DNA of 63,971 bases, counting the filler, from Conidiobolus incongruus B7586 (taxonomy: Eukaryota): NCBI GenBank assembly GCA_000697335.1. It is 5 parts of 5 records of this genome, joined end to end, with 100 filler letters (N's around TTAATTAATTAA, not from the genome) between each part and the next. Parts side by side here need not be neighbours in the genome. Positions count along the whole stretch, not along the records: positions 1 to 22,684 come from JNEM01006235.1; positions 22,785 to 34,276 come from JNEM01006236.1; 3 more parts are not named here. The stretch is one strand, 5' to 3'. Below the pieces are notes generated by a model, which was given only the letters and a program-made list of their open reading frames with translations, had not been told where the DNA came from and made no database searches. Shown here one piece after another: positions 14,169-27,330 of the stretch. Made by a program: the position numbers and the translations under genes. Numbering within the stretch: position 1 is the stretch's first letter; every line of letters begins with the position of its first letter.

Positions 14169-16227
14169 ATTGATATTAATGATTTTGTGAATTTTGACTT
14201 TGATTGTTTTTATTCAAAATATGTATAATTATACTATATCTATTCATCAATTTCAAGCTTATAATAAACTGGATCAGGGTCCTATAATAATTTTGATTTG
14301 ATACTACCAATTTTCATTAAATGATTTAATCATTATAATTATTTATTAATTAAAATAAACTCTATTAATATTTTTTTTCAATAAAAAGAATATATGATAT
14401 ACAAACAAGTTAATTACATAGTAGTGTCAATTATTAAATTCATCGTGGTTGTGGCTGTTTAATATTTTCAAATATTGATCCAAATACAATTCTATTTATA
14501 GCTTCTATCTTATATTATGATTTTTTGATCTGCTCAATACCCATTACAATTGTAATTTAATATCAATCGTAATTCAATAATACTTATAATATTTATAATA
14601 TTCATTGTCCAATATACATTAATTTGTATTTATATATTATATTGTGTGAGAATATCTTTCAAATAAATCTAGATATTACAATTTGATATCAATATACTTA
14701 AAAAATTCTATAAATTAGATAAGTTTTGATCATAATGTCAAATATGTAATAAAAATGCACTTAAAAATGAAAATCACCTTTCAAAGATTATTTGAATTAT
14801 ACAAATATGAAATTGAATAAAATAAATATATATTGATAATAAAATAAATCATATGACTATTATAAATAGAGCTAAAAAGAGTTTATATTGATTAATAGTG
14901 GTTTCAACTTTTGTTTTAAAATTAAAATCATTAATTACAGAAAATTCTTATACAATTATACATTCAAACTATCCTTAAATATATTGGAATATAATTTTAA
15001 TACCAAAATTCTAATATATTTCTAGATTATAGAATATAATCTTTAGAAAAACATTGACTATAAAATTATCAAATGTTTGAAATAAATCAAATTTAATTGA
15101 CTTGATTTTGTTAATTATAGCTAAACTTTATTTTAGTTAATTGTGTACTTAGTTTGTTATATTTCTGATTCTCTATTCATTATTTCAGATTATTCTGAAC
15201 TTGTATTGTGATTTGAATTTTTAAATTAGAATAAATACTATATTAATTTTTAAATTTTTAAAGTAAAAAATATTAAAAATATGTTTATATATCTAGCACT
15301 TTCATCAAACAAACCTAGACACCATAAATCTATTAGGAATTTCCCAAAATCAAATTACCCTAATCAGTTAAACCTACTAAAAATACTTTATCCATCTGTT
15401 AAAATAAATATAACTGAAATATACAAATGATATCAAAAATGGATTATTTCAAGTCTGATTGTAATTGTTAACCATATATTGAATATAAGCACTTAAAATC
15501 AACATTCAATCAAGCATTTTTAATTCTTTGAAATATTCACATTTTATTATAATTGAAAATTTTACCCGCAATTTTGAATATCTATTATTCTAAATTACAA
15601 ATACTCTCAAAGTTATTAAATTGAAATTTAATGGATAAAAGATATTATATACTATATGAATTTGCAATTCCAATTTATACATATAATTTTAATCCAAATT
15701 AAATTTCAGTCACTAAAATATTGGTCAATGCATGCAGTTTTAAAGCTGGAAATTATTAAATTAAACTTCTAAGTCAATATATATTATTTTGATTTAGTAT
15801 TTTAAAATAATACCAGATTTCGCACTTTGAATAAATTTTTTAACTTTTTTTAAACAAGAGTTTGAAGATTTTTTTATTAACTAAGTTCAATATACAAAAT
15901 TAACTATAACTAAATTTAACTTTTGTTCTGAATAATGAAATGTATTTAGATTAATTCTGGACGTTAAATTAGTTATATACTAGTTGATTAATTTAAACTA
16001 TTTTTATATTCTTGATATATGTATAAACTAATTAATAAATAATATGATTAAACATGAATATATTTTAATATTACATCAAGTATAATTAAGAAAGTAATTA
16101 ATCCACTTATCTAATTACATATCATATTGTAAATAAAATTGCTATAATAATTTCAATTTTTGATAAATCAATTAATTATGATTATTTCATATAATATAAT
16201 AAAATATAATATATTGAAAATGAATTT

Positions 16228-16600
16228 AAAATATTTAAAAACAGTATATAAATAATATTGGTATATTAATGTCGGGAAATAGAAGAAATAAGAATGGGAT
16301 ATTAAGAATCGATTAGAACGTTGGACTGAAATTCTCAATAATCAAATAAGCTCTGCTTTCAAGATGATATTCATGTATGATGATATTCGACAGTGTTATG
16401 AATATTGGGCTGTTGATAGATATAATACTGCAGCAAATTGAGTTTTCCTGATACAAACACTGTTTGAGTTTTGTTGACATTAATAAACAATCAGCATTAA
16501 TACCTCATAGCTAGATTTGGATCAACATTACTAAATCAAATATTACAATTATAACAATTTGGAACTATTTTACAAAATAAACCTCTGTAACATAAATAGA
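16228..16600 (+). repeat. ~370-bp non-coding direct repeat, copy 1 (copy 2 at ~21332..21703)
   Basis: AAATATTTAAAAACAGTATATAAATAATATTGGTATATTAATGTCGGGAAATAGAAG...CAAAATAAACCTCT is nearly identical at both places. Confidence 0.93.
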
Positions 16601-16673
16601 ATACTTGATTAAATAAAATATTAGAAGAATATATTAAAAATATGAAAAATATTATAAATGAAAGATATACATT

Positions 16674-17273
16674 TTAACTATGCTTGCAATCGTCATTCTC
16701 ATTCACAGGATCTTTAGATAGGGATTGGTAACCTGGAGGAGCTTGAACAATATTCCCACATACAATCCTTGTAGAGTTAGCTAAGTGAATGACAACTGAT
16801 CTTCCAATAACACCGTAATCACCTTCTAATTGTAGCTCATTATCGATGAATGCCAAATTATTCAAATTGTTGGGGTCTAAAGGACCGTATTTACCGGACA
16901 AGTCACCTGCCTCACAAGTTGTTACATTGTTTGGATCACACTTATAGTTAGGATTTTTGCCATCAGGATTGAGGTTAAGAGGATCCAAATGGTAACCAGT
17001 TGACATACAGCTTCCAGTACTGTTTACGGGTTTGACATGAATATGCCATGGGTATGGAGTTTGATTTGGAATCGTGGGAACACTTGTCATAAAGAGTTTG
17101 ATAGACATAGGACCAGTTCCCTCGTTATTGGTTGCGAGATTTTTAAATTCGAAAGTACCAACGAATCCATTGCCGTCAAGTTTGGCAATTGCCATGTTTT
17201 TGCTATTGTCATCCGCGAAACTACCACCTGATAGCAATAATGTAGCTATTGTAAAATAATGAAATAAACTCAT
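16674..17273 (-). CDS. Secreted Cu/Zn-SOD-family superoxide dismutase, Cu-only (SOD5-like) type, 199 aa
   Basis: ATG at 17273, signal peptide MSLFHYFTIATLLLSGGSFA. Cu ligands in WHIH, GYHLDP and SVVIH; CEAGDLSGKYG; RIVCGNI. Confidence 0.92.
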   Translation of the reverse strand: MSLFHYFTIATLLLSGGSFADDNSKNMAIAKLDGNGFVGTFEFKNLATNNEGTGPMSIKLFMTSVPTIPNQTPYPWHIHVKPVNSTGSCMSTGYHLDPLNLNPDGKNPNYKCDPNNVTTCEAGDLSGKYGPLDPNNLNNLAFIDNELQLEGDYGVIGRSVVIHLANSTRIVCGNIVQAPPGYQSLSKDPVNENDDCKHS

Positions 17274-20200
17274 TTTATTCAATATTGAGTTCAATGAATT
17301 GTGAATAAAAGAATCATCTAATGACTTACGTATTTATATTTATAGTTTGATTGCATGATAAAGAATGCAATATTCATTTAACAGAATTTGTCCAATCCAT
17401 TAATTTTCTCATTTCCTAATTAATGATCTTTTTATTAGCTGCATTAATGGAATTAAGTTTGATAAATTGATTAATTACTTACGTATTAACATTCCTTAAA
17501 TAAAAATAGTTAATTTGTTATTAACAATTTTATATAATTATCAATTTAAATTTTGTTTTAATCAATTTTGTTGTAGCTAAATTACTTCTCAGTAATAAAC
17601 AAATATTAGTTATATTTTTTGTCAATTTCTCATTATGCACATTAAATTCTATATGAATTATAATTGATTATCACAGATAATCATTTTTTTCATTTGTTAC
17701 CTCCTTAATCAAATATGACAAAATATTTGGATATAGTTCAATCGACCCTTCCCGGAATTTTCAATAGTTCTGAACATGCCTATCGCTTTTTAATCAAGGT
17801 TTATATAATATATCGTTTGTAACACATATACTTGGATATTATTTTACAATAGCATTTATTTTGAAACAATATAAAATTAAATTCACAATTGCCATTCATA
17901 GTCAAAATATAATAAATTCTGACCATTTGTTTGCCTGTATAGTATAAAAATAAGTTAGAATCTCATTAAGCAGTCTTAGATATTAGGATCAAACTGGAAA
18001 GGTTAGAGTTATACATACTTCAGGTGGATTTAAGCTTTACTCAGTTTTTTGCATTGAATATTTATTTGTTTCAAAAAATACAATATTTAATCCAGAAATA
18101 TATAATATATAAAACTCTTTTTAAAATATCAAAAATTAAATTATAAATAATAAGTTTTATATACCAAAAATCTTATGAATATAAAATTATTTAGGATATT
18201 AAATCAAAAATCATTTATAATTATTAAAGATTTTGAACTTTTTGGAATATATATAGTTATAATTTATAGAGTTATTAGTTTTAATATAAATAAATATTAG
18301 TATTATGAATTTAAAATATTAAAATTAATTTTTCAAAAAATAATTATAAGAATTAAATCTTTTATTTATAATATATTTAAAAATAATTCTAAATGTTTAT
18401 AATAATGATAATAATAAATTATAGTTAATAAAAAACAAATAACAAAAAAATAATATTTATAAAAATTTAAAATATAACAAAAAAATTAGAAAATTAGCCA
18501 TTTTCCAATTTATAAATAAAAGGATATATCATTATAATAGTTTAAAATTATATGAATTTATATTTAATATATTATTATATATTTTTATGGAATTTTGATA
18601 TTTTGAGTAAGTTTATCCTTTATAACTTTTATTTTCATAGTTCATATTATTTATATATTTTATTATTATAATTTATCTATTAATTTTCATTATTAAGTGA
18701 TAAAGGTATATTTTTATCTTATTATAACTAAAAATAACTAACTAATATATCACCTATATATATATTAAAACTTTCTAATATTATAATAATAAAATATTTA
18801 TATTAATTTTTAAAATAATTTCTTTAAAGGTAAATTATTATTGATATTAAAAAAGATTAATATATATAAAATTAGATTTTGAAATATTGGCAAATATTAA
18901 AGAATAATAAAATATTATAATATTTTGATATAAATAATTAAATTATCAATGCCTTTTAATTGACCTCAAATTATATTTTTTCAAATATTAGGATTATTAA
19001 AGATAAAACCAATATTCATTTATCAAATATTAATAATTATGATATTTTTATTTTGTAAATATTATTGGAAAATGTTTCTTTTAATTACTAAAACCACAGG
19101 TAAATAGTTATCTCTTTGGCCTTGTTAAATATATTAAATACTTAAAAAAAACTAATGAATAATAATGAATTCTTAAAATATTAAATATAAGATTTATTAA
19201 AAATTTATATTATAAATTTTATTATAAAGAATAAATATTCAAATTTGATTATCAAAATTAATATATATATATATATATATATATATTTGAAATCAGTAAT
19301 TATTTATTTTATATTTTTTAAATAACAAACATTATTTATTAATATATTGTGATAATAGGTAATTTTGAATAAGAAAGCGATTAATAAAACACTTTAATAA
19401 TAGTCTTACAAGGACTATAATTGTTAAATTCTATCTTTTTATTTTAAAATTATTAAAAATTATAAGTGATTATTAAGCTTTATATATAGTATAGCTGAAT
19501 GAATTTTGGCCTATGATTTTATTATATATATATATATCTTTGATCAGGCAAGTCTTTCAAGTGTTTTTGATATGACATAATAGTGAATCAAGAGACTAAT
19601 ATTGCTAGAACATACTTCTTTGTTATCTAACAGTCAATTTAGCCAGCCTTCCAGGATTGGTGTTGGAGCTTAAGCGCTTGAGGCCCCTCTGGACTACATG
19701 CAAGGTTTGAATATTGGTGATTAAATTTGATTAATTTTGGACAAGTTTAATTGAAAGCAATAATTCAAAACAGGTCAAAAATTATTAATTTAAACTAATT
19801 TCAGTTTAATTAACTTCCTGCTTTCACAAAAGTAACAACTTTCAATCAATAGCAAATATGCTGAAAAATGATCTTTAATATTGATAGCTTTCCCAAACCG
19901 TATTTTACAGGATTTAAGTTAATTCAAAAGGGCAGCTCTATACAAATAATCATGACATGAATGGTTTTGATTAGTCCAGTTGACTACATAATAAATGATT
20001 GTTAACATCAGAAAAATAAATAATGTGCTATAAAACTAATATGCAAAATTCAATTTAATTATTCGTACTGAAGTTTGCATTTCTAGAATTTGCTCTCTAA
20101 AATCAGTTAATATATGAATTATTTCAATCAGTTGATAAAAGTAAAATTAATTTGAGCCTAAAATTTATATTATATTTTATAATTTTATATATTTCAGTTG

Positions 20201-21331
20201 TTAAAAGTATATTTCAATGAAGGTTACGATAATTTAAGTATGTTATTAAAATTAATAGTTGTTTATAAGTTAATAGTAGCCTAATTTTTGAGCTAATTGT
20301 TATATATAATTGAGTCAATTCAATTTAATAATAACAATCATACGATTAGGGTTAATTCCAAAATAATCTAATCCATATTTGATGTCTCTGCGATTAAGAC
20401 GTTATGTCAACCAATATAGCTCGTTAACAAGCTATTTTAGATAAGAAATAGCACTAGAGAATCAATTAAAAATACGAATTAATCCACGAACTCCAGAAAT
20501 AACATATAAATATTATATTTTACAATCTGAAAACCATGTTGCAAATAGTTGAGATATTGAGAATGAATTTTTATATTTTATATTCACTTTAATATTCTTA
20601 ATTTCTTATAAGGATTTTGATAAAATCAAAAATTTCCTAACAACACAATTATTATTAAACATGATACATATAATTACATTTGGAGACTTTTAGATAAAGT
20701 GTGATATCTAATTTATTAAGAATTTAATTAAGATATTTGCGCTAAATTGAAGTGCATACTGCGTCAAAAGCATGGAAAGACTTTTTTAAATGTACACATC
20801 AAACCCGCTAAGCTCTGATTTAACAAATCAAAATATCTTGGAATAATGATCATTCTCCTTTTGCAGTCTATTATTGAGATATTGAAAAATATAATATAAT
20901 ATACTCTACATATTTTAAAAAGAGTAATGGTTGATAACTGACAACTGATGAGTAATAAATAAAGATATATTTGAACTAATTTAAATATTACTGAGATACA
21001 ATTGATATATTTTGATATATAAAAGTTTTTTTATCATAGTTTAAAAAAATAAAGGAAATTATTAACAAATTAAACATTCAATTATTAAATATTCCAAAAT
21101 AGTCTAATTCATATCATTTAAACATTTGACAATTGGATAGAAAATTTAAAATTTCAATTGATATGTATCATTAAGTATATTCATTGATCTAATAGATTCT
21201 TAATATAAATATTATAATTGAATATTTGCATAGGGAATTGTGCAGAAATCTATATTTCTAATTGATCAGTTTTCTTGTTAACTTTTCATATAATATAATA
21301 TAATATAATATTATATATTAAAATTAAATTG

Positions 21332-21703
21332 AAATATTTAAAAACAGTATATAAATAATATTGGTATATTAATGTCGGGAAATAGAAGAAATAAGAATGG
21401 GATATTAAGAATCGATTAGAACGTTGGACTGAAATTCTCAATAATCAAATAAGCTCTGCTTTCAAGATGATATTCATGTATGATGATATTCGACAGTGTT
21501 ATGAATATTGGGCTGTTGATAGATATAATACTGCAGCAAATTGAGTTTTCCTGATACAAACACTGTTTGAGTTTTGTTGACATTAATAAACAATCAGCAT
21601 TAATACCTCATAGCTAGATTTGGATCAACATTACTAAATCAAATATTACAATTATAACGATTTGGAGCTATTTTTACAAAATAAACCTCTTTAACGTAAA
21701 TAT
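21332..21703 (+). repeat. ~370-bp non-coding direct repeat, copy 2
   Basis: Near-identical to 16228..16600, with a few differences near the right end. Confidence 0.93.
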
Positions 21704-22290
21704 AATATTTATGCAAATTAAACTACGGGAATTTATTTATATATTAATTTTCCACTTATACAGCCATTATAGAGATGATAATTTATAAAGTTACAAGATT
21801 AATTTATTAAGTATATACCCTCAAATAAATATACATTGACTTAGATCTATATACTAAACTAAAAATCAGCAAAAAAAGACCAATTTTTTCAAAACTGTTA
21901 AAAATTTGGATGAGATTTGAAATATATTTATAATTTGATCAATAATTATTCAAATTTATAATAAATAACAGATGAAGATCTTTAAATTGATGAGCATATT
22001 TTGCTAATGAGAATAAATTAAGCTAATTTTACTATAATTAAACAGTAACGATTCATTATAGTTAAAATATACTTTAAGATCGTTTAATTATCAGATTGAT
22101 CAACTTAAAATAATCAATTGTATATATTTAGTATAATTATCTTATTTTTTTGATTGGATTATGCAAGGGAAATAAATTCAAGCCAATCTGTAATTATTGG
22201 TTTATGAATCAATCTAAAAATTGATATAAAATACTCAAGTCACTATATGATTCTTTTATTCACAGTTCATTGAACTCAATATTAAATAAA

Positions 22291-22684
22291 ATGAGTTTAT
22301 TTCATTATTTTACAATAGCTACATTATTGCTATCAGGTGGTAGTTTCGCGGATGACAATAGCAAAAACATGGCAATTGCCAAACTTGACGGCAATGGATT
22401 CGTTGGTACTTTCGAATTTAAAAATCTCGCAACCAATAACGAGGGAACTGGTCCTATGTCTATCAAACTCTTTATGACAAGTGTTCCCACGATTCCAAAT
22501 CAAACTCCATACCCATGGCATATTCATGTCAAACCCGTAAACAGTACTGGAAGCTGTATGTCAACTGGTTACCATTTGGATCCTCTTAACCTCAATCCTG
22601 ATGGCAAAAATCCTAACTATAAGTGTGATCCAAACAATGTAACAACTTGTGAGGCAGGTGACTTGTCCGGTAAATACGGTCCTT
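22291..22684 (+). CDS. Second, inverted copy of the secreted Cu-only-type SOD, truncated by an assembly gap
   Basis: Translation is identical to the 17273 copy up to ...GDLSGKYGP, followed by an N-run. Confidence 0.9.
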
Positions 22685-22784
22685 NNNNNNNNNNNNNNNN
22701 NNNNNNNNNNNNNNNNNNNNNNNNNNNNTTAATTAATTAANNNNNNNNNNNNNNNNNNNNNNNNNNNNNNNNNNNNNNNNNNNN
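22685..22784. other. Artificial assembly spacer
   Basis: 44 N + TTAATTAATTAA (stops in all six frames) + 44 N. Confidence 0.98.
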
Positions 22785-23196
22785 TTCATCCGTGATAGCC
22801 TATTTATGCCAACACTTTCCACTCAGTCCAAGAGAGGACTTTCTATTCTACTCTACAAATAAACCTTATTTTCCTACTAAAAACCTTCTCTCAAAACCTA
22901 CTCATGGGGCCACTTATAGCTTCACTTGAGACATATTCTATTATCCGTTTGCATCCATCCCTATTGATACTCTGTGATTTTGCCTTCCCAGTATGTCAAA
23001 TCCTCACACTGCCACTACTACTGCTGATTTAGTCGCCCTCTTTAATGCCCCATTCAACAGTAATCATGGTCGGATAGCCAGGGAACTGATCATCGGCAGT
23101 CTACCTCAGTTTGTAGGCACAATGCTTCACAATCTGGCTTACACAATGGCTATGTCAGTATCCTCGATGACGCTCAAAGAGCTAATAACCGTGACA
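22785..23196. mobile_element. Possible LTR or retroelement end immediately upstream of a tRNA gene
   Basis: Visibly GC-richer than surrounding intergenic DNA, abuts an assembly gap, contains AATAAA near 22858, and ends in ...CCGTGACA 10 nt before the tRNA 5' end. Confidence 0.35.
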
Positions 23197-23206
23197 TTCA
23201 ATTTAA

Positions 23207-23287
23207 GACAAGATGGCCGAGTGGTTAAGGCGTGTGCCTAGAAAGCACATAGGATTTCCCGCGTAGGTTCAAATCCTGCTCTTGTCG
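23207..23287 (+). tRNA. tRNA-Ser (anticodon AGA)
   Basis: Acceptor stem GACAAGA/TCTTGTC, A box TGGCCGAGTGG, anticodon arm TGTGC-CTAGAAA-GCACA, long variable arm, B box GGTTCAAATCC, T-run terminator downstream. Confidence 0.95.
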
Positions 23288-24541
23288 TATACTTAGTATT
23301 TTTTTTAATTTTCAATCAATTACACCTTTTTGAAATATTTTATATTTATTATTTTTTATTAAATTGTAATTATTATTAACCCTGTAAATAAATTTCAATA
23401 TTTAAAATTTACATCCCTTTAATAAAATTTAACATAAAATAAGGAATATACCATTTTGATAACCACATAATTCTATATTTTCATTCAATTATTATATTCA
23501 ATGAAATATATGAATGAATTTGTTGATTTTTTTTTCAAAAATTCAATTGAAAACTGTTAATTGTAGAATGATTCAATAAATCATTCTGTTACCATTAGAA
23601 TTGTCGAGTATAATTTTTAAATTGAAAATACTATTGATTGATTAATATTGTTTTAATTCAATTATTTTTTGCAATTTAGTTTCAATTTTTGGAAAAGATA
23701 TCAACTTCAGATAATATTACCTTAATTGAAAGCATATAATAAAAAAGTTTTATTGTTATCAAAAACAAACTATATCAACAATATTAAAGGTTATATATAT
23801 GAATACCACATTTATCATATATATATATATATATATATATGTTGATGATATAAGAACCTCTTAATAGTAGTTATTAGACTTCTCCATTATTGAGATAAAT
23901 TAATATGCTATGCATCATAAGACTTTTATTGGTTTTAGGTGTTTCAGAAATAGGATCTATTGAATTAATAATAATTCCAACTCTACAGTCACTCCTTCTA
24001 TACCCTTAATTTCAGGTTTTTTAGGGATTTAAATTATAAATTTAATATTATTTATATTATTAATTTTTGCCGTTAATTATACTAAAATTTTTTTATTAAA
24101 ATTTAATTTTTTTAAATTATATTAATAATATGTGGTGATATTATTTACTAACAATTTGATACCCCTAATAATTTCCACTTCATAATTGGTTAAAATGATC
24201 CTTATTAAAAGCACACTAGAGGAATCAGTGAATACTATGTAAGAATTGCTTAGAATAAATAAACAACTATTGCAAAGTTTCAAAACTAGGTAGAAAATCC
24301 ATGGATTGAGAAATAGCATAAATCAATAATTACATTCAATTTGGTGAAAATATTGAGATAAGATATGATAATCCCCTTTTTATTATTTGAAAATTTAATT
24401 GTCAGGAACAATTTTTAAAAGTCAGTCTATAATAATATGGTGGAAATTTTGTGACATATAACTTGAACAATCAAACAAGTATAAATTGGAACCATTTCAC
24501 TTTTTAAACACTATTAATTATTTAATCATAAAAAATATTAA

Positions 24542-25734
24542 ATGAAAATGATAGATGAAAAATATGTAACCAAAAGGACGGTGATGATAACAGGATGTGG
24601 CAAAGGCAGTATCGGAAGTGCGTTAGCTATACAATTTGCTAAATTGAATTATAAAGTGTTTGCTACTAATTTGGCTGTAACGGAAATGTCAGAATTGAGT
24701 AGTTTTAATGATATTGTTATTATGGAAATGGATGTGACGAATGTTCATCAAATTAATGAAGTCGTTCAGTCTATTCAATCTCAGTGTGCCAGTATTGATA
24801 TATTGATCAATTGCGCGGGCGTATTTTATAGTGACGTTATTTTGAATGCTGATGACAGTATTTTGGATATGTTGTTTAATGTCAATTTCAAAGGTACTTT
24901 TAACGTTTGTAAGGTGGTTGTACCCATTATGGTAACTGAATACTGTTTGAATGTTGCATCTAACATATTTTAATATTAATGTAATTCTAGATAAACCAAG
25001 GATTTGGCACAATAGTTAATATGTCGAGCGATACATCAATGCTAACTTCAAAGTGGGCAGGTAATACTATGCTTTTAAATATTGAGTTTTTAGTTAATTG
25101 AATATTAGGAATATTTAATTCTATTGAATTGGGATTAAAACAAATGGTTAGGAGTTTTAAATTAGAAGTGACAGGGTTTAACTTAGATTGGATCCTTGTT
25201 CAACCAAAGTAATACTGATATAACTAAATATTCAACATCTTATTAATGAACGATAATAGACGAATTCAGTCCAATTTCACCAAAAACCAATTACAATCTA
25301 ACGATTTAATAACTTCGAACTCACCATTTACCAATATTCAATCCTCAATTGCAATGAACCAACCCAATTATAATGATTTTATGACAAGAGAACAATTCTC
25401 CAAGGAACTAGTGATTCAAATCTTAAAAAGAACTGACATCCGATACCAATACTACTACTTCCTAACGAACCCCATCAACCTTATCGTTTACATAATCTTC
25501 TACGCATTGTGCTACATCTTCCCAACCCTAGCACCTATTTGGCAATTTTTCAAAACTCAATTCTGGTACTTACCGCCCGAAATTGTGATTGGAGATTCCT
25601 TCTCAAGCCAAATTGGTCGATTTTTCTTCAATTGTCTTCCCCAAAATTATCAAACTTTGTTACTTTGGATCGATTGGGGCCTTCAGAATTTGAATTATGA
25701 TAATAATGGTGCCAACCTCAAAGATTTTAAATAG
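24542..25734 (+). CDS. Short-chain dehydrogenase/reductase-fold protein (Ayr1-like) lacking catalytic YxxxK, 4 exons, 344 aa
   Basis: Exons 24542..24931, 24991..25060, 25109..25208 and 25260..25734 (1035 nt, in frame). Motifs ITGCGKGSIG, IDILINCAG, FNVNFKG, GTIVNMSS. Confidence 0.82.
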
Positions 25735-26449
25735 TTTTTTTAGTGGTGAAAAAAATATTTTTATTCAATTAAATTATATTATATAAATTTTTAATTATTA
25801 CTTATAATTATTAAATTTGGATCTAGCAGGAAATGGCTTGTGATTTTTATATACATTCCTCAACCATTTGTTTATCTTGTTTTTAAATTGTATTACAAAT
25901 TAGATTAACCTTTTTTAAAATCCGATTTTAATATTATAATTTTAATATTTATGAAAAAGAATACCTAATGATGATGACTTATCATTGCATAACATCTCTT
26001 CTGTTTCTAAATACACTTCGTATATATATTAATCATCTTTTTATAAAATTACATTGTTTAAATATTTAAGACATATTGATGTAAATTTGTCAATGATAAT
26101 ATTCCTTCAGTTCAATTGTCACAAATGTTTCCGTCACTGAATCTATTAATATATCTTAGCAATACGCTCTGTATATCATTTTTTTATTTGTATTTATATT
26201 ATTAAATAGATTGATTTCATTTTAATTGAATGGAATAATATTTTAAATAATTGATTTTGTAATCTATATAATAACTTAATAAGATTATTATAGTGTTTAT
26301 ATTAGTATAAATATTTTTATTCACTAGATTTGAAATATAAATTGATAATTTATTTCAGTTTTTAAAATTATTTTTCAACAATATTAATTTATAATTTATT
26401 TTATAATAATAGATTTAAAATCCCAATTTATCAATCTATTCAAAGTATA

Positions 26450-27330
26450 TTATGGAGATTAATTCCTCAAATATTCTTTTAAATAAAAATTAAAAGTAGA
26501 TGTTAATTGACTAGTATTAACCACAAAGCTATAAAAACGATTACCAATACAATCAATTTGAAGATATTCTTTATTGTGACTTAGTATATATAACCCTTTA
26601 TAGTTTTTTGGGAGAAAGCAAAAAGTCAACTCTGGTAAATCCTTAGTAAAAATGGCAGTATTTTTTGCACCTTGATCACATTTAAAACTTATATACCCAT
26701 CGTCTGGTGAATATATGTAAATTTTGCTATCTATTCTCTTGAATTGATAATCGAACCCATATTAGAAATTGAATTCAAATAATATAAACTCTCTTGGATC
26801 TTCACCCTAGAAATCATTTTCACGAGAAGCTTAATCATGAATCATATTGAAGGATATAACTTAAGAGATTAACACCTTCTTCTGAAATATACTTATTTCC
26901 ATTAGTGTTGTCATCTATTATTTTTTATATTTTAGAGATGCTGAACTGCCAGCGTGCTACACAAACCAAATTATGAAAATCCAGCAGCTTGTTCTATATC
27001 ATAATCTTTAAAGTTTCCATTCAATTATCCATCCAGATACCTCAATTTGAATTATCTGATATTGCTAGTTTGGAGTATGATCAAAGGATCAAAACCCTCT
27101 ATATCATTACTGATAGTGGATACATCATCTCACATCATAATATATTGTTCTTATATTACAAACGATAAACTTAATTGATTTTTTGACAGTTAAATTTTGA
27201 ACACTTTGAAAGGTTATCATCAGCTTTAATTGGAATGTTTTCAGTAACTTTAAAAGCTTTCAACGTCCTAGATATAAAAAGAAACATTCCTTCATCCTCA
27301 CCAAACCAAATTGTGAGAGCTACAATGCTA
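26450..27330 (-). pseudogene. Degenerate coding remnant, weakly resembling a pepsin-like aspartic protease
   Basis: Broken minus-strand frames include DDGYISFKCDQ...KDLPELTFCF...KEYLQIDC, with several stops and shifts. No intact DTG/DSG motif seen. Confidence 0.25.

Noticed and set aside
19540..19720. Short GC-richer island between the SOD genes
   Set aside because: No open frame, RNA structure or repeat partner that I could support.
22729..22740. TTAATTAATTAA palindrome recurring four times
   Set aside because: Always centred in N-runs; an artificial six-frame-stop linker, not biology.
22993..23241. 82-aa ORF upstream of and overlapping the tRNA
   Set aside because: Runs into the tRNA gene and has no recognisable motif; probably a chance ORF in a repeat-like block.
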